Below are positions 63,693 to 64,000 of a stretch of DNA of 64,000 nucleotides, in pieces. The stretch spans positions 62,001-126,000 of the forward strand of contig NIVC01002706.1 of NCBI GenBank assembly GCA_002269645.1. The letters run 5' to 3'. A program made the translations under genes and the position numbers. Source of the stretch: Macrostomum lignano. Taxonomy: Eukaryota. A model generated the notes under the pieces. That model was not told where the DNA came from and did no database searches. It saw only the letters and a list, made by a program, of their open reading frames with translations. Each line of letters starts with the position of its first letter. Position 1 is the first letter of the stretch.

Positions 63693-64000
63693 TATGGTGT
63701 ACAGTGTCTCTGGTGTACAGTGTCTCTGGTGTACAGTGTCTCTGGTGTACAGTGTCTATGGTGTACAGTGTCTATGGGGTACAGTGTCTATGGGGTACAG
63801 TGTGTCTATGGGGTACAGTGTGTCTATGGGGTACAGTGTGTCTATGGGGTACAGTGTGTTTATGGGGTACAGTGTCTATGGGGTACAGTGTGTCTATGGG
63901 GTACAGTGTCTATGGTGTACAGTGTCTTTGGGGTACAGTGTCTATGGGGTACAGTGTCTATGGGGTACAGTGTCTATGGGGTACAGTGTCTATGGGGTAC
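63693..64000 (-). repeat. 16-bp minisatellite, inverted copy running off the window end
   Basis: (atggggtacagtgtct)n, the reverse complement of the 62730-63162 unit. Confidence 0.95.

Overview
Eukaryotic (metazoan) genomic DNA. About half of the window (roughly 32 kb in about 40 arrays, boundaries estimated by eye) is tandem mini/microsatellite, mostly with 15-45 bp units. Repeat density, GC3-rich exons and gene content suggest a free-living flatworm such as Macrostomum (inference, not verified). I can reconstruct three spliced protein-coding genes, all on the + strand. (1) A complete 4-exon mitochondrial GDP-forming succinyl-CoA ligase beta subunit (SUCLG2, 257-5001, 419 aa). (2) A 5-exon gene that the ORF track shows only in fragments (16959-33638, about 319 aa): signal peptide, two tandem six-cysteine helical modules and a GPI-anchor-like C-terminus. 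Its 13-kb first intron holds 12 satellite arrays, and its last intron holds a tandem array of AG|GT splice-like signals. (3) A 2-exon class A peptide GPCR of the FMRFamide-receptor-like group (55052-60482, 427 aa) that lacks the canonical TM3-ECL2 disulfide. Also present: a truncated tRNA-like A/B-box relic, an inverted (foldback-like) pair of 16-bp satellite arrays at the window end, and several higher-order repeats. Nearly all long ORFs in the supplied track are stop-free satellite artefacts. No CRISPR, rRNA, intact tRNA or transposase/RT coding region could be supported.
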